Source: Candidatus Hydrogenedentota bacterium (GTDB lineage: Bacteria > Hydrogenedentota > Hydrogenedentia > Hydrogenedentales > SLHB01). Taken from it: DNA of 64,000 bases. The stretch lies in contig CAXXYE010000008.1 in the NCBI GenBank assembly GCA_963674865.2, positions 224,001-288,000 on the forward strand, in the 5' to 3' direction. The notes beneath the pieces are model-generated. The model worked only from the letters and a program-made list of their open reading frames with translations. It was not told the DNA's origin and ran no database searches. How positions within the stretch are numbered: the first letter of the stretch is position 1; each line of letters begins with the position of its first letter. Both the position numbers and the translations under genes were made by a program. Below, one piece after another: positions 27,622-38,485 of the stretch.

Positions 27622-29703
27622 ATGTCCAGGCGGGTCATTTCAGCGCTTTTCGCGGGATTGATGATCGTCGGCTGCGCCACCCAAACGCCTTACGTCCGGG
27701 ACGGCAAGACCTACGGCGTGACGCAGGGGGTGTTTCGCGGCCGCTGGTGGAGCTATTGCGAGCGGGGCGGCTCCTTCCTCGACGGCGGTTTCCATGAGGA
27801 GGCCGAGGGGGATTTCCATAAGGCCCTGGTAGGCCGCTCGCGCGATACATGGCAGGCCCGAACCTACGGCTTGCACTTCGTTGAGTACTTCCCGAACCGC
27901 GAACTTGGCATCACCTATTATGAGATGGGCCGGCTCGACGAGGCGGAGCAGTACCTGACGGCTTCGCTCGAACAGGTTGACACCGCCCGGGCCCACCACT
28001 ATCTCGACGAGGTCCGCAAGGCCCAAATCGCGCAGGGGCGCCTCCAGGATGCGCGGGAGCCCGCGCTCGCGGCTTCTATCCATGACGGGGCCGTGTTGGC
28101 CGCGCGTCAGGTGCCCATCACCATCGATGCCTCGGATGACTTGGGCGTCGCGGCGGTGAGCGTGAACGGCCGCCGCCTGCACCAGCGCGGGAGCGCGGCG
28201 TCGGTGTCATTTGCGGACGAGTTGGTTCTCGCCGAAGGGACGCACGCGATCCGGATTAACGCCGCCGACTTGGCCGACAAGGCCGCGGCCGAATCCGTCA
28301 ACGTTACTATCGACCTCACGGGGCCCGCCATCGGCATCTTCGAGCCGGCGCCGGACCTCGTCACCGACGCCGCGGCCATCCGCCTTCGCGGAGCGACCCT
28401 CGACCGCAACGGCGTAACCTCCGTTCTGGTGGATAACCGGGTGCTCGCGCAGTCCACCGGCGATGTACGCATGCCCTTCGAGGCGGAACTGGCGCTGAAG
28501 AACGGCGCCAATACCTTCATTGTCACCGCCACGGACGTGGCCGGCAATGAGACGCGTATGGCCGTGTCGGTTTACAAGGGCACGCAGAGCGCGACGGCCT
28601 CTTTCCTGATGCACTTGCCCGAGGAGCTGCTGAAGCCCCTCCGGTTCGCCCACGTGAACTTTATCGACCCGCCGCGGTGCTACCCACCGCTCGCACGGCG
28701 ATTCGCCATGCTCGCGGACACGTCCGGCGCCGCGGCCGGGCCGGCTATCGAAATGAAGTTCCCGAAAGAGAGCCTAGACGACTACCGCCTCCGGGACCTC
28801 ACCGTGGCCGGCACCGTGAAAGCCGCCACGACGGTGGATTCGGTGATCGTGGCGGGCGAGCGGATCGAACTGGTTCCGGCACCGATGGTTGAGTTCAACA
28901 AGCGCGTGCCGGTTGAGCGCGGGGACAACCTTATCGCCGTGCGCGCGCAGGACAACCATGGCGGCCTAACGGAAGAAACCGTTTCCGTGAAGAGCAAGTA
29001 CTTCGCCCTCGAAGACGCGCGGATGAGCGTGGCCGTCATGGGCTTCGGCGGGCCCGTCGAGGACAACAGCCGCACGCTCCTCCGGCAACTCACCGAGCAG
29101 CAGCTTTTCGAGCGGGAGCGATTCGACATTGTCGAGCGGGAGCGGCTTGCCGACGTGTTGACGGAGCAGCAGCTCAGTGAAGCCCTGGGCGATCCGGACA
29201 GCGCCCTGCGGCTGGGCAAAGTGATCCCGGCGCAGGTGTTCATTGTGGGCCAGGTGGTTGCCCACGGCGACGCGGGCCTCGAAGTGTTCGCCGACGTGAT
29301 CAGTACGGAGACATCGAGGAAGTTCGCGAAACTGGACGCCTTCATTGATAACAGAAATGATAGGGCGAAGATGGAGTACGGCGCGGATGCCATTGCCGAT
29401 GCCCTGGTCGAGTATTTCCCGCGCGTGCCGGGGGAAGTGCTCGGGGCGTCCGGGAAGAACGTGATTCTCGACTTCGGCGAGAAGCAGGGCATACGGGCCG
29501 ACACTTACGTGGTGCTGGTTCATGAGGATCCGCCCTTTGTCGATGAGACGACCGGCGAGGTGTTGATGCCGGGTAGCTATGCGGCCGTGGGCCGCGGCGT
29601 CATCGGGCGCGTGCTCGAAGACCGCTGCCAGGCCGAGATGGTGGAACAGGAAGGTGACGGGGCGATTGGCGTTGAAAAAGGCATGCCGGCTGTCACGATG
29701 TAG
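27622..29703 (+). CDS. TPR lipoprotein with Ig-like repeats and C-terminal CsgG/HfaB-like domain
   Basis: Lipobox IVGC; TPR (RELGITYYEMGRLDEAEQYL); Ig repeats (GANTFIVTATDVAGN); RFDIVERERLADVLTEQQLS...ALRLGK. Confidence 0.7.
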   Translation: MSRRVISALFAGLMIVGCATQTPYVRDGKTYGVTQGVFRGRWWSYCERGGSFLDGGFHEEAEGDFHKALVGRSRDTWQARTYGLHFVEYFPNRELGITYYEMGRLDEAEQYLTASLEQVDTARAHHYLDEVRKAQIAQGRLQDAREPALAASIHDGAVLAARQVPITIDASDDLGVAAVSVNGRRLHQRGSAASVSFADELVLAEGTHAIRINAADLADKAAAESVNVTIDLTGPAIGIFEPAPDLVTDAAAIRLRGATLDRNGVTSVLVDNRVLAQSTGDVRMPFEAELALKNGANTFIVTATDVAGNETRMAVSVYKGTQSATASFLMHLPEELLKPLRFAHVNFIDPPRCYPPLARRFAMLADTSGAAAGPAIEMKFPKESLDDYRLRDLTVAGTVKAATTVDSVIVAGERIELVPAPMVEFNKRVPVERGDNLIAVRAQDNHGGLTEETVSVKSKYFALEDARMSVAVMGFGGPVEDNSRTLLRQLTEQQLFERERFDIVERERLADVLTEQQLSEALGDPDSALRLGKVIPAQVFIVGQVVAHGDAGLEVFADVISTETSRKFAKLDAFIDNRNDRAKMEYGADAIADALVEYFPRVPGEVLGASGKNVILDFGEKQGIRADTYVVLVHEDPPFVDETTGEVLMPGSYAAVGRGVIGRVLEDRCQAEMVEQEGDGAIGVEKGMPAVTM

Positions 29704-31222
29704 CCTGGCGGCGCTCGCGGTCCTATGGGCGTGCGGCCCTGCCTGGGGGCAGGCCCTGCCGGCTCTGCCCGAGCCCGTGCGCATCCAGATGAACTCGTCG
29801 CCGAACCTCGTGGGGAGCGGCGCGCGCGCCCTCGGCATGGGCGGCGCCTTCATCGCCGTGGCCGATGACGCCACGAGCGCCTCATGGAATCCCGGCGGCC
29901 TCACGCAGCTCGAACGCCCCGAGATGTCCGTTGTTTATGCCTGGAAATGGCTTCGGGAGGATTTCCGGCGCACCTCGTACGTCGAGCCCATGGGCAGGTT
30001 CCAAGTCGCCCTCGACGACCTGAATTACCTCAGCCTCGTCTATCCCGTCCGGCGAACCATCGCGGGCCGGAATCTTGTCTTCAGCCTCAACTACCAGCGC
30101 CAATACGATTTCGACATGACGCGCAAGCACGTCGCCCGCGTCGTGGGGGCCAATCCATGGCAGGTGTTTGGGGATTTCGGCGTCCGCATCGACGGCCGCG
30201 ATATGTCCTTCCAGCGAGGGCCCGTCAAGGTGGACAGCGACGGCGGGCTCGGATCGCTATCGCCCGCGTTCGGCTTCGAGCTAACCGACCGCCTATCGGT
30301 GGGCATGGTAGCCAACCTGTGGGATAGCTCGCTCATCCCGAACAATGAATGGACGGTGCGCACCTCTGAGCGGCCCACGCTCATCGTCAATCGCGCCTAC
30401 GACCTCTTCCAGAACGGCCGGCTCCTGAACCGCGTCGGCATCTGGTACCTCCAGCGGCAGGTATCGGAGAAAGAAGAGCGCTACGAGGACTTCGACGGCA
30501 CGAATTACACCTTCGGCCTCCTCTGCAAACCGACAGAACGTCTGAGTATCGGCGCCGTGTACCACACGAAGTTCGCCGCCACGGTGAAGTACACGAAAAT
30601 GGAGACGAGCTTCGGGCGCGTGACGAGCAACTGGCCCGGGCCCGCGGTACACATCTTCGATTTCGACTACGATGAGAAGAAGCTGCGCATCGAGTATCCG
30701 AGCGCCGTCGGCCTCGGCCTAGCCTACCGGTTCCCGAACGACAAGCTCACCCTATCGCTCGACGTCACCCGCCGCGAGTGGGATGAGTACGTCGTCATCG
30801 ATCCCAGGCGCGGCCGCATGTCGCCCATCACCGGCCTGCCCAAATGGCGGAGTGCCCACGATCCCACCTACACCGTCCGCCTCGGCGGCGAATACGTCTT
30901 TGTCGATCCGAGCCGGCCCAGGCAGAAGCTCCTGCCGAGCGTCCGCGCGGGCCTGTTCTACGATCCCGAGCCCGCCAGCGGCCGGAAAGACGGATGGTGG
31001 GGCATCACCCAAGGCGACGGCAGTGTGGACGACTACTATGGCGTATCCCTCGGCCTCGGCCTGCTCATCGCCAACCGCGTCAACCTCGACGCCGCCTACC
31101 AGTACCGCTGGGGCAACGACGTCCGCCGCGATATCTTCGCCAACAATGTCCCCTTTGAACGCGGCTTCCACGAAGACGTCGAACAACATCAGCTCTACCT
31201 CTCCACCGTCATCTACTTCTGA
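29672..31222 (+). CDS. FadL/OmpP1-like outer-membrane beta-barrel
   Basis: GSGARALGMGGAFIAVADDATSASWNPGGL; C-terminal aromatic YF; TTG start inferred. Confidence 0.75.
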   Translation: MKKACRLSRCSLAALAVLWACGPAWGQALPALPEPVRIQMNSSPNLVGSGARALGMGGAFIAVADDATSASWNPGGLTQLERPEMSVVYAWKWLREDFRRTSYVEPMGRFQVALDDLNYLSLVYPVRRTIAGRNLVFSLNYQRQYDFDMTRKHVARVVGANPWQVFGDFGVRIDGRDMSFQRGPVKVDSDGGLGSLSPAFGFELTDRLSVGMVANLWDSSLIPNNEWTVRTSERPTLIVNRAYDLFQNGRLLNRVGIWYLQRQVSEKEERYEDFDGTNYTFGLLCKPTERLSIGAVYHTKFAATVKYTKMETSFGRVTSNWPGPAVHIFDFDYDEKKLRIEYPSAVGLGLAYRFPNDKLTLSLDVTRREWDEYVVIDPRRGRMSPITGLPKWRSAHDPTYTVRLGGEYVFVDPSRPRQKLLPSVRAGLFYDPEPASGRKDGWWGITQGDGSVDDYYGVSLGLGLLIANRVNLDAAYQYRWGNDVRRDIFANNVPFERGFHEDVEQHQLYLSTVIYF

Positions 31223-31372
31223 CGGCGTAGGCTCCTCACCTATTCCCAGTCTCGTTGGCAATCACAACGTGCTGGAGGGGGTCTCGCAGTACGATGGACG
31301 AGGTCCGAGGCAATTCAGCTAGGTCGTTATATGGAGCGGGCCAAGTATTGTCCGCTAGAAAGAGGGAGGCGT

Positions 31373-33514
31373 ATGGGCACCTGCATTGACTCATCTCAAG
31401 TCCAACCGGCAGAAATGGCGGTGATCCGTGCTTGGGCCGGCCTTCTCACGGGCGCGAAGGCCCGCTCCTCTGGCGCATCCATTGGGGAGGAACCTGAACG
31501 CCATTCCACGAACGTGCCCTTTAGCTTCACCTGCGGCGCCGTTTCCAGCCGCGATTGGCTGGAAGTTGGGAACGCCAACTGCGACAGTGGCGAATGGCAG
31601 GGCGGGACACGGCTCCATCACCTGCGTTGGCGCGATCCGAAGAGCGGCCTTTCCTGCACCATGGAACTGACGGAATTCAGCGACTTTCCGGCACTTGAAT
31701 GGGTCATCCGGGTGGCCTGTGAGAGCCGGGCGGAGACGGCCCCAGTGGCGAATTTCAAGGCGCTGGACGTCTTTTGGAAATGCGACAGGGAGGGCGAGAC
31801 GCCTGAACTACGGCGTGCCCTCGGCGGCGACGGGCGCCATGATGACTTCCAATACGTGCGCGACGAGCTTCGTCAGTCCATGTGGAATGCTTCACGGACG
31901 GTGCGCATGGATTCCTCCGCCAACACCGCGTTCCGAAAAGTCCGGAACGGCTCTCCGCCGTCCCTGGTGGCCGACAGCCGTCCGTCGGCCACTTGGCTGC
32001 CCTTTTTTAACCTACGCACGGGCAACGACGGCATCCTCTGCGGGGTGGGCTGGAGCGGCCAGTGGTTTGCGGAGTTCGCCCATGACGGTAAGGGGAAGAC
32101 CGAGATCTCGGCCGGTATGGAACACCTTTCGTTGAAGCTCCGGCCGGGGGAGGCCATTCGTTCGCCGCGCGTGCTGCTAATGTATTGGCAGGGCTCGCCC
32201 CTTCATGCTCACAATGTGTTGCGGCAGTTTGTGTTGAAACACCACCGGCCGAAGGTCGACGGCAAGCCCGCAGAGATGCCCATCTGCAACGGCTCCTGGG
32301 GCGGCACGCCGACACCGGGACATCTCGCCGCGATCCAGGCCATCGAGATGCACGGTTTGTCCTATGACTATTACTGGGTCGACGCCGGCTGGTATGGAAC
32401 ATCAACCAAGCCATGTCCCAATGTCTTTGAAGGTGACTGGGGGACCACGGGCGACTGGCGGGTCAACCGGAACTACCACCCCGACGGGCTGAAGCCCGTG
32501 AGCGATGCCGCCCGCCGGGCCGGCATGAAGTTTCTTCTGTGGTTCGAACCTGAACGGGCCAAATACGGCACCCCCGTTACGCTTGAGCATCCGGAATGGT
32601 TCCTGCGGCGCACCGAGGGAGAGCCCAAGCCGAACGACTACCTGCTCCTGAACCTAGGCCATCCCGAGGCCTGGCAATGGGTCGTGGACACCGTGTCGTC
32701 GCTCATCTCGGAGAACGGCATCAGCTGCTATCGGGAAGACTTCAACGTCGATCCGGCTCCGTACTGGGCCAACGCGGACGAGTCTGGGCGCGAAGGGCTC
32801 GCGGAAATGCGGTTCGTCGAGGGGCTCTATGCCTTTTGGGACGAGCTGCGCCGCCGTCACCCGGGGCTGCTCATCGACAACTGCGCCAGCGGTGGGCGAC
32901 GGCTTGATCTGGAGGCCGTTAGCCGCAGTGTCGCGTTGTGGCGAACCGACTACAACTGTTTCCCGTTCATGAATCCGGACGCGTCGCAGGTCCATGGCGC
33001 GGGACTAAACCTCTGGTTGCCTTTGAACGCCATCAGCCCCTACACCAAACCCGGGGACACTTATCAGGCGCGGTCTGCGTTCTCGGCGGGCCTCGTGCTG
33101 AACGTCGAGGAGTTTGGCCTTGCCCCCTGCCAGGAGCCCGATTTCCCTTGGGACTGGTTCCGCAAGATGATCGGCGAAGCGAAGCGGGTGCGTCCCTATT
33201 TCCTCGGCGATTTCTATCCCCTGACTCCCTGCATCATCGATCCCGAGGCATGGATGGCCTATCAACTGCTCGATCCCGGCAGCCAGGAAGGTGCGGTGGT
33301 TGCGTTCCGCCGGGCCGAAAGCCCCGTGACCCACGCCAGCTTCCAGCTTCGCGGCCTTGTGTCGACGGGCGAGTACGTCTTCGAAGACGCCGACAGCGGA
33401 GAGACATCACAGGCATCCGGGCATGAATTGATGCTGGGAGGGAAGGCGATCGCCATCGATACCCCACGAACCAGCCGGTTGCTGTTCTACAGACTCCTCC
33501 CAACAGTTACATGA
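31373..33514 (+). CDS. Alpha-galactosidase (GH36-like), cytoplasmic
   Basis: WVDAGWY, LLWFEPER, REDFN, DNCASGGRRLD, WRTD; RBS GGGAGG. Confidence 0.88.
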   Translation: MGTCIDSSQVQPAEMAVIRAWAGLLTGAKARSSGASIGEEPERHSTNVPFSFTCGAVSSRDWLEVGNANCDSGEWQGGTRLHHLRWRDPKSGLSCTMELTEFSDFPALEWVIRVACESRAETAPVANFKALDVFWKCDREGETPELRRALGGDGRHDDFQYVRDELRQSMWNASRTVRMDSSANTAFRKVRNGSPPSLVADSRPSATWLPFFNLRTGNDGILCGVGWSGQWFAEFAHDGKGKTEISAGMEHLSLKLRPGEAIRSPRVLLMYWQGSPLHAHNVLRQFVLKHHRPKVDGKPAEMPICNGSWGGTPTPGHLAAIQAIEMHGLSYDYYWVDAGWYGTSTKPCPNVFEGDWGTTGDWRVNRNYHPDGLKPVSDAARRAGMKFLLWFEPERAKYGTPVTLEHPEWFLRRTEGEPKPNDYLLLNLGHPEAWQWVVDTVSSLISENGISCYREDFNVDPAPYWANADESGREGLAEMRFVEGLYAFWDELRRRHPGLLIDNCASGGRRLDLEAVSRSVALWRTDYNCFPFMNPDASQVHGAGLNLWLPLNAISPYTKPGDTYQARSAFSAGLVLNVEEFGLAPCQEPDFPWDWFRKMIGEAKRVRPYFLGDFYPLTPCIIDPEAWMAYQLLDPGSQEGAVVAFRRAESPVTHASFQLRGLVSTGEYVFEDADSGETSQASGHELMLGGKAIAIDTPRTSRLLFYRLLPTVT

Positions 33515-33614
33515 CCGGAACCAGATTGGAGCACCCCACCCTAGTCGAGACACAAATGCATAGGTTGTCGGCGCTTGCGCGCCTTGCGAGCGATCCTGAG
33601 GAGTCACGGCGGAC

Positions 33615-33810
33615 ATGATACCCAACTCCAGAAAGAAGACACCCGCGAAGGCAAGAATGGGGTGAGTTTCGCGGGCAGATTGAGGAAGGGGATGAACTCT
33701 GGGCATTTACCAGCCCCCCGGAGACTTGGGAACAGATGTTTGGACGAGAGGAGATTGCCTTGGTACGGGGCGGTGAGATCATCGACTGCCTGATAACGCT
33801 GATGAACTGA
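33615..33810 (+). pseudogene. Frameshifted remnant of a small hypothetical protein
   Basis: Manual frame EWGEFRGQIEEGDELWAFTSPPETWEQMFGREEIALVRGGEIIDCLITLMN* looks protein-like, but the nearest upstream ATG (33615) is out of frame. Confidence 0.35.
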
Positions 33811-33960
33811 CGCCCCAGTGGCTGGAATTCCAGCGAGTAAGACATGCCAGCCCTCTTCGCCATCCGCCGCGATCGTCTTGAATCCCTCGAAATATGCCCG
33901 TAGATTGGTGGATGCTCTCTCCGTGAAGCTGACAGTCGGCTCGACAATGGGGATTCTCCA

Positions 33961-36771
33961 ATGAGGCCATCCAAGGCGGGCGATAGGCGTGCAACTGTCA
34001 AGAGGACTTCTGTAGTCCTAGCGCTGGCGATTCTCGCCTTGTCGGGGCTCTCGTTTTCGGACGACGACACGAACGGCTCCGCACAGCCCGATCGTCCCGT
34101 CTATCAGGATTACCAGCCCGATATCCGCAAGCTCGCCCCGAAGCGGATCACGGACGCTTATCCTCTGTCCGATCAGGGAAACCGCGGCGATTGGGTGGCC
34201 TACCCACCGATGACGGATGAGTTCGAGGGGGATAGCCTCGACCCTAAGAAGTGGTGGGACCACAATCCCGACTGGCAGGGCCGGCAGCCGGGATTCTTCT
34301 ACCCCGGAAACATCGCGGTTCGCGACGGCAAACTTCAATTGACTATGCAGAAGCAGGAAGTCCCCGAGATGCCCAAGGAGCGGGGTTATCACACCTATAC
34401 CGCCGCCGCCGTGAAGAGCAAAGACACGGTGCTCTACGGCTATTTCGAGGTGGCGGCCAAGCCCATGCGCTCGGACGGGAGCAGCGCATTCTGGTTCTAC
34501 AACTCCACCAAGGACTGGTGGACGGAGATCGACGTCTACGAGATCGGTGGGGGAGCCGCCGGATACGAGCGCAAGATGAATATGAATCTCCACGAGTTCC
34601 ACACACCAACCAGCAAGGAGCACTGGCAGGTTGGCGGCGTGTTCGAGGCGCCTGAGGATCTTGCCGACGCGTACCATGTGTACGGCGTGGAATGGGACGA
34701 GAAGGAGATCAAGTATTACTTCGACGGCGTCCTCGTGCGAAGCGGGCCGAACACGAATTGGCGCCAGCCTCTGTATCTGAATTTCGACACCGAAACCATG
34801 CCTGACTGGTTCGGCCTCCCGAAGGATGAGGACCTCCCCTCAACATACAGCATCGAGTATGTACGTGCCTGGAAGAAGCGGGCGCCGGCGCCCGATCCCC
34901 TCGAAACGCTCAACCTCTTGGCCTACGGCGGCGTGGGGCAGATGAAGTTCCAAATGGGCGGCGAGCCCGGCGGCGAAGCGCCCGATCTCGACGATTCGGA
35001 TTGGCCCGTCGAGTACGTCGGCTATGGGTGCGATATTCCGAACACCAACCTGTGGTTTCGCACGAAGGTGGTGATACCGGAGCGGATTGGGGGATTCCGC
35101 ATCGCGGGCCGGGACCTGACGCTCCACCTATTCATCGACGACGGTGGCGAGGTGTACGTCAACGGCGAAGCCCTGGGAAGCTTCACCACGTCGAACGGGC
35201 GATTCAAACTGGCCACCGACACGCAGCCGGGGCAAACCTTCGTCATCGCCGTTCGCGCCGTGAACGATGATGTCTGGGGCGAACTCCTCGACGCCCACGT
35301 GGACTTCAGCGGCCTGGAGGATTTCCAGAAGGACTTGCAGCGATTGGCCTTACGCCTGTTCAACGCCAAGAGGTCCGCCCGCGAAAGTGGGGAACGCCGC
35401 GCGTATTGGGACGCCAAGATCGATGCCGTGGTGCGCACGGCGATGGCGGGAGACGCCTTCGCGCGCGGCGATGAAGAGGGATTCGTGAAGGCGTTGCAGC
35501 GGGAAATGCGGCCTCTCGAACCGCTCTTCACCAAGCGCATCTGCTTTCACGAGGCCCGGTTCGGGGCCGACGGAAACCTGCTGCCGTGGACAACCTGGGA
35601 AGACGCCCTTGAGCGGGAGATGAAGTGGTACCTCGCATGCCCCATCGAGAACGGGTATCCGAAGTTCGTGTGCATGACGTTCATGGACGCGGATTGCGGC
35701 CTCTACCGCAACCGGAAAACCTTCATTCCCGCCACGCAGAACGGGATGGGCATCATCTCGTACGTGAAGTACTACCGCTACAAGGCCCGCTCGAACGCCA
35801 AGGTGCTCGCGTGCGCCCGGGCCATGGGCGATTATCTCGTGAAGGAGTGCGTCACGCCTGACGAGGGCGAATACGCGCGGTTCACGCGCTCGACGGGCCG
35901 GGCGTTGATGTTTCCTCAGCCGCCGGACTGCGGCTCGCAGGGCGACAAACCCTATGAAGTCGAGCCCGACAAGGGGGGCATTGCGGGCTATGCGCTGATG
36001 GTGCTCTACGAGGAAACGCAGGCCCCCAAGTACCTCGAGCAGGCGCTCCAGAACGCGCGCGTCCTTGCGAGGCACATCCGCCCCGGCGACGCAGCGAAGT
36101 CGCCGTGGCCTTTTCGCGTCGACTACCGCACCGGCGAGGGGCGCGGCGAGGTGTCCAGCAATATGTCCTACATCCTGCGGCTGTTCGACGCGCTGATCGA
36201 GAGCGGGCATGACGAATTCCGCGAGCCGCGCGCGCAACTGTGGGCGTGGATCGTCGAGCGCCAGATCCCAAGCGCCCAGGGAGACGGCAAACTCTGGGCG
36301 CAGTTCTTCGAGGACTATGCGCTGGAGAACAACCGCAATGCGTGGGCGCCGCTGAATCTGGCGCGGTATCTCCTCGATGAGCGGGAGGCTATCGACCCCG
36401 ACTGGCGCGCGCACACGGACACGCTCATGCGATTTGTGCACCTGAACTTCGCGTCCGTGCGGGACGGCGTCGTCATCTGCGGCGAACAGGACGACGACAC
36501 GAATCCCTGGGGCGGCATCCTTGCCAACTACGGCGGTGTGTTGAGCATGTACGCGGCGGCCACGGGCTCGGAGCGCTATGCCCGCTGGGCGAGGGAAACG
36601 CTCAGCTACGGCCTGTACACCACGGGCGACAACGGCTGCCCGAGCGACACCACCCGGCACGACACGCCCGGTGGATGGCAGGAAGACGCCCACACGGACA
36701 AGCTGCACAACTACATGGATGCCCTCGCCGCGTTTCCCCAGTGGGCCGGAAGTCCCGAGAGCGCAAAGTGA
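33961..36771 (+). CDS. Multimodular secreted CAZyme: GH16 + jelly-roll sugar-binding module + C-terminal helical domain
   Basis: TDEFEG, YGYFEV, catalytic EIDVYE, YHVYGVEW, IEYVRAW; then WFRTKV...IDDGGEVYVNG; then about 410 aa unrecognised. Confidence 0.75.
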   Translation: MRPSKAGDRRATVKRTSVVLALAILALSGLSFSDDDTNGSAQPDRPVYQDYQPDIRKLAPKRITDAYPLSDQGNRGDWVAYPPMTDEFEGDSLDPKKWWDHNPDWQGRQPGFFYPGNIAVRDGKLQLTMQKQEVPEMPKERGYHTYTAAAVKSKDTVLYGYFEVAAKPMRSDGSSAFWFYNSTKDWWTEIDVYEIGGGAAGYERKMNMNLHEFHTPTSKEHWQVGGVFEAPEDLADAYHVYGVEWDEKEIKYYFDGVLVRSGPNTNWRQPLYLNFDTETMPDWFGLPKDEDLPSTYSIEYVRAWKKRAPAPDPLETLNLLAYGGVGQMKFQMGGEPGGEAPDLDDSDWPVEYVGYGCDIPNTNLWFRTKVVIPERIGGFRIAGRDLTLHLFIDDGGEVYVNGEALGSFTTSNGRFKLATDTQPGQTFVIAVRAVNDDVWGELLDAHVDFSGLEDFQKDLQRLALRLFNAKRSARESGERRAYWDAKIDAVVRTAMAGDAFARGDEEGFVKALQREMRPLEPLFTKRICFHEARFGADGNLLPWTTWEDALEREMKWYLACPIENGYPKFVCMTFMDADCGLYRNRKTFIPATQNGMGIISYVKYYRYKARSNAKVLACARAMGDYLVKECVTPDEGEYARFTRSTGRALMFPQPPDCGSQGDKPYEVEPDKGGIAGYALMVLYEETQAPKYLEQALQNARVLARHIRPGDAAKSPWPFRVDYRTGEGRGEVSSNMSYILRLFDALIESGHDEFREPRAQLWAWIVERQIPSAQGDGKLWAQFFEDYALENNRNAWAPLNLARYLLDEREAIDPDWRAHTDTLMRFVHLNFASVRDGVVICGEQDDDTNPWGGILANYGGVLSMYAAATGSERYARWARETLSYGLYTTGDNGCPSDTTRHDTPGGWQEDAHTDKLHNYMDALAAFPQWAGSPESAK

Positions 36772-37330
36772 TCTCGCGGGATCTGAGGCTGTTAGTCCCG
36801 AAAACTAGTCCGCCGTTGTTGTCAGGGCGCATGACGCTGTCCCGTCGTAGTGATGGTGGAGGCCGACGACATGGAGAATGGCGATCACTTTGCCTTCGTT
36901 GGCAGCTTGAACCGCCCTTCCTTCCGGCGAGTCCATGTAGATGTCTCCCGCCTTCTCGACACCTTGCATCCGCTAGCAACAGAGATTCACACCGCTCCTG
37001 ATTCCGGATGCTTGAATCAATGTCCCCTTTCTGCTTAACTCAGGTAAGGTCATCGTCAAGGTCACAATGGTGACGTCGCACATACAAGTCCGCACCCCTC
37101 AACAAGATTCTCAGCCGCCCAACAGGTGATGATTCTGAGCTCTTGAGGCGGTCATCCGAAGCTGTTTTCGCTTATTCTGAGCATCATTGAAGCGTGCTCG
37201 GCGGGTGATGTAAGTTCAATGGTCGCAACGCGTACGAATAGATGTGAATCACAGAAGTCCTGCCGTTTGGAAAACGTCCTCTCTCCGTTCTTAACGAGCG
37301 ATGCAGGCCATCATAGGAATAATAGACACT

Positions 37331-38473
37331 ATGCCGGAAGACGCTGCGCAGAGTTCAAATGAGGCCCGTACTCAAAGACGCCCATCCGAACGGGTGGTGT
37401 CCGTTGACGTTCTCCGCGGATTCGATATGCTTTGGCTTATCGGGGGGACGGGCGTGGCTCTTGCCGTGGGGCGGCTTTGCCCGGCTCCCCTGCGCGACGT
37501 GATCGTCCCGCAGTGGGAGCATGCCGACTGGGAAGGCTTTCGGTTCTTTGATCTTATTTTCCCTCTGTTTGTGTTTCTGGTGGGGATGTCGCTGGTTTTC
37601 TCTTTGAGCAAGCGCTTAGAACGGGAGGGCCGCTGGTCCGCCTACAAGCGCCTGTTGCGTCGCACCGTGCTCCTGTTTCTGATGGGCGTCTTCTACTACG
37701 GCGGTCTTAGGCACCGGTGGCCGGACATCCGGCTGCTCGGCGTCCTGCAAAGGTTGGCGCTGTGCTATTTCGCCGGAGGCATCCTGTTCATCCATCTGAA
37801 GCCTAAGGGGCTCGTCGCGGTATGCGTGATCCTGCTGCTGGGCTATTGGGCGCTCTTGTCGTTTGTACCGGTGCCCGGCCTCGGCGCCGCTTCATTCGAC
37901 GAGGGCCAGAATTGGGCCAACTACATCGACAAGCAGTGGCTCCCGGGCCATAAGCATAACGGCGACTGGGACCCCGAAGGGCTCTTGAGCACGCTCCCCG
38001 CGATAGCCACTTGCCTACTCGGTGTGCTCGCGGCCTTGCTGCTTGGAAAGGAGAGCCTGACGCCGTCCAGGAAGGTCCTTTATCTTGTGGGCGGCGGAGC
38101 GCTGATGGTGATTGCCGGGTTTCTTTGGGGAATTCAGTTCCCCGTTATCAAGAAGATCTGGACCTCGTCCTATGTGCTCGTCGCGGGCGGCTACAGCTTC
38201 GTGCTTCTAGGCGTTTTCTATCTCATCATCGACGTTTGGCGCATTAGGCGATGGACGTTGCCTCTGCTCTGGATCGGAGCGAATCCGCTCACCATCTACA
38301 TGGCCAAGAACATCCTTGATTTCAACCAGTTGGCCGAGCGCTTTGTAGGCGGTGATATCAAGACGTTTGCCGGCGAACGAGTCGGCTATCTCCTCTCTAC
38401 AACCGTTTCCCTCGCGCTTACGCTCGCAGTTGTCCGGTTTCTCTACAACCGGAAGATCTTCCTGCGGCTCTAG
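37331..38473 (+). CDS. HGSNAT/NagX-like membrane acyltransferase (DUF5009-type)
   Basis: SVDVLRGFD, DLIFPLFVFLVG, GVLQRLAL, DPEGLLST, KKIWTSSYVL. Confidence 0.9.
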   Translation: MPEDAAQSSNEARTQRRPSERVVSVDVLRGFDMLWLIGGTGVALAVGRLCPAPLRDVIVPQWEHADWEGFRFFDLIFPLFVFLVGMSLVFSLSKRLEREGRWSAYKRLLRRTVLLFLMGVFYYGGLRHRWPDIRLLGVLQRLALCYFAGGILFIHLKPKGLVAVCVILLLGYWALLSFVPVPGLGAASFDEGQNWANYIDKQWLPGHKHNGDWDPEGLLSTLPAIATCLLGVLAALLLGKESLTPSRKVLYLVGGGALMVIAGFLWGIQFPVIKKIWTSSYVLVAGGYSFVLLGVFYLIIDVWRIRRWTLPLLWIGANPLTIYMAKNILDFNQLAERFVGGDIKTFAGERVGYLLSTTVSLALTLAVVRFLYNRKIFLRL

Positions 38474-38485
38474 CGCGTTGCTACC

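Noticed and set aside
36800..37290. Lower-GC intergenic stretch with a short minus-strand ORF (MQGVEKAGDIYMDSPEG...)
   Set aside because: No recognisable family, RNA structure or repeat; possibly a remnant, but I cannot support it.
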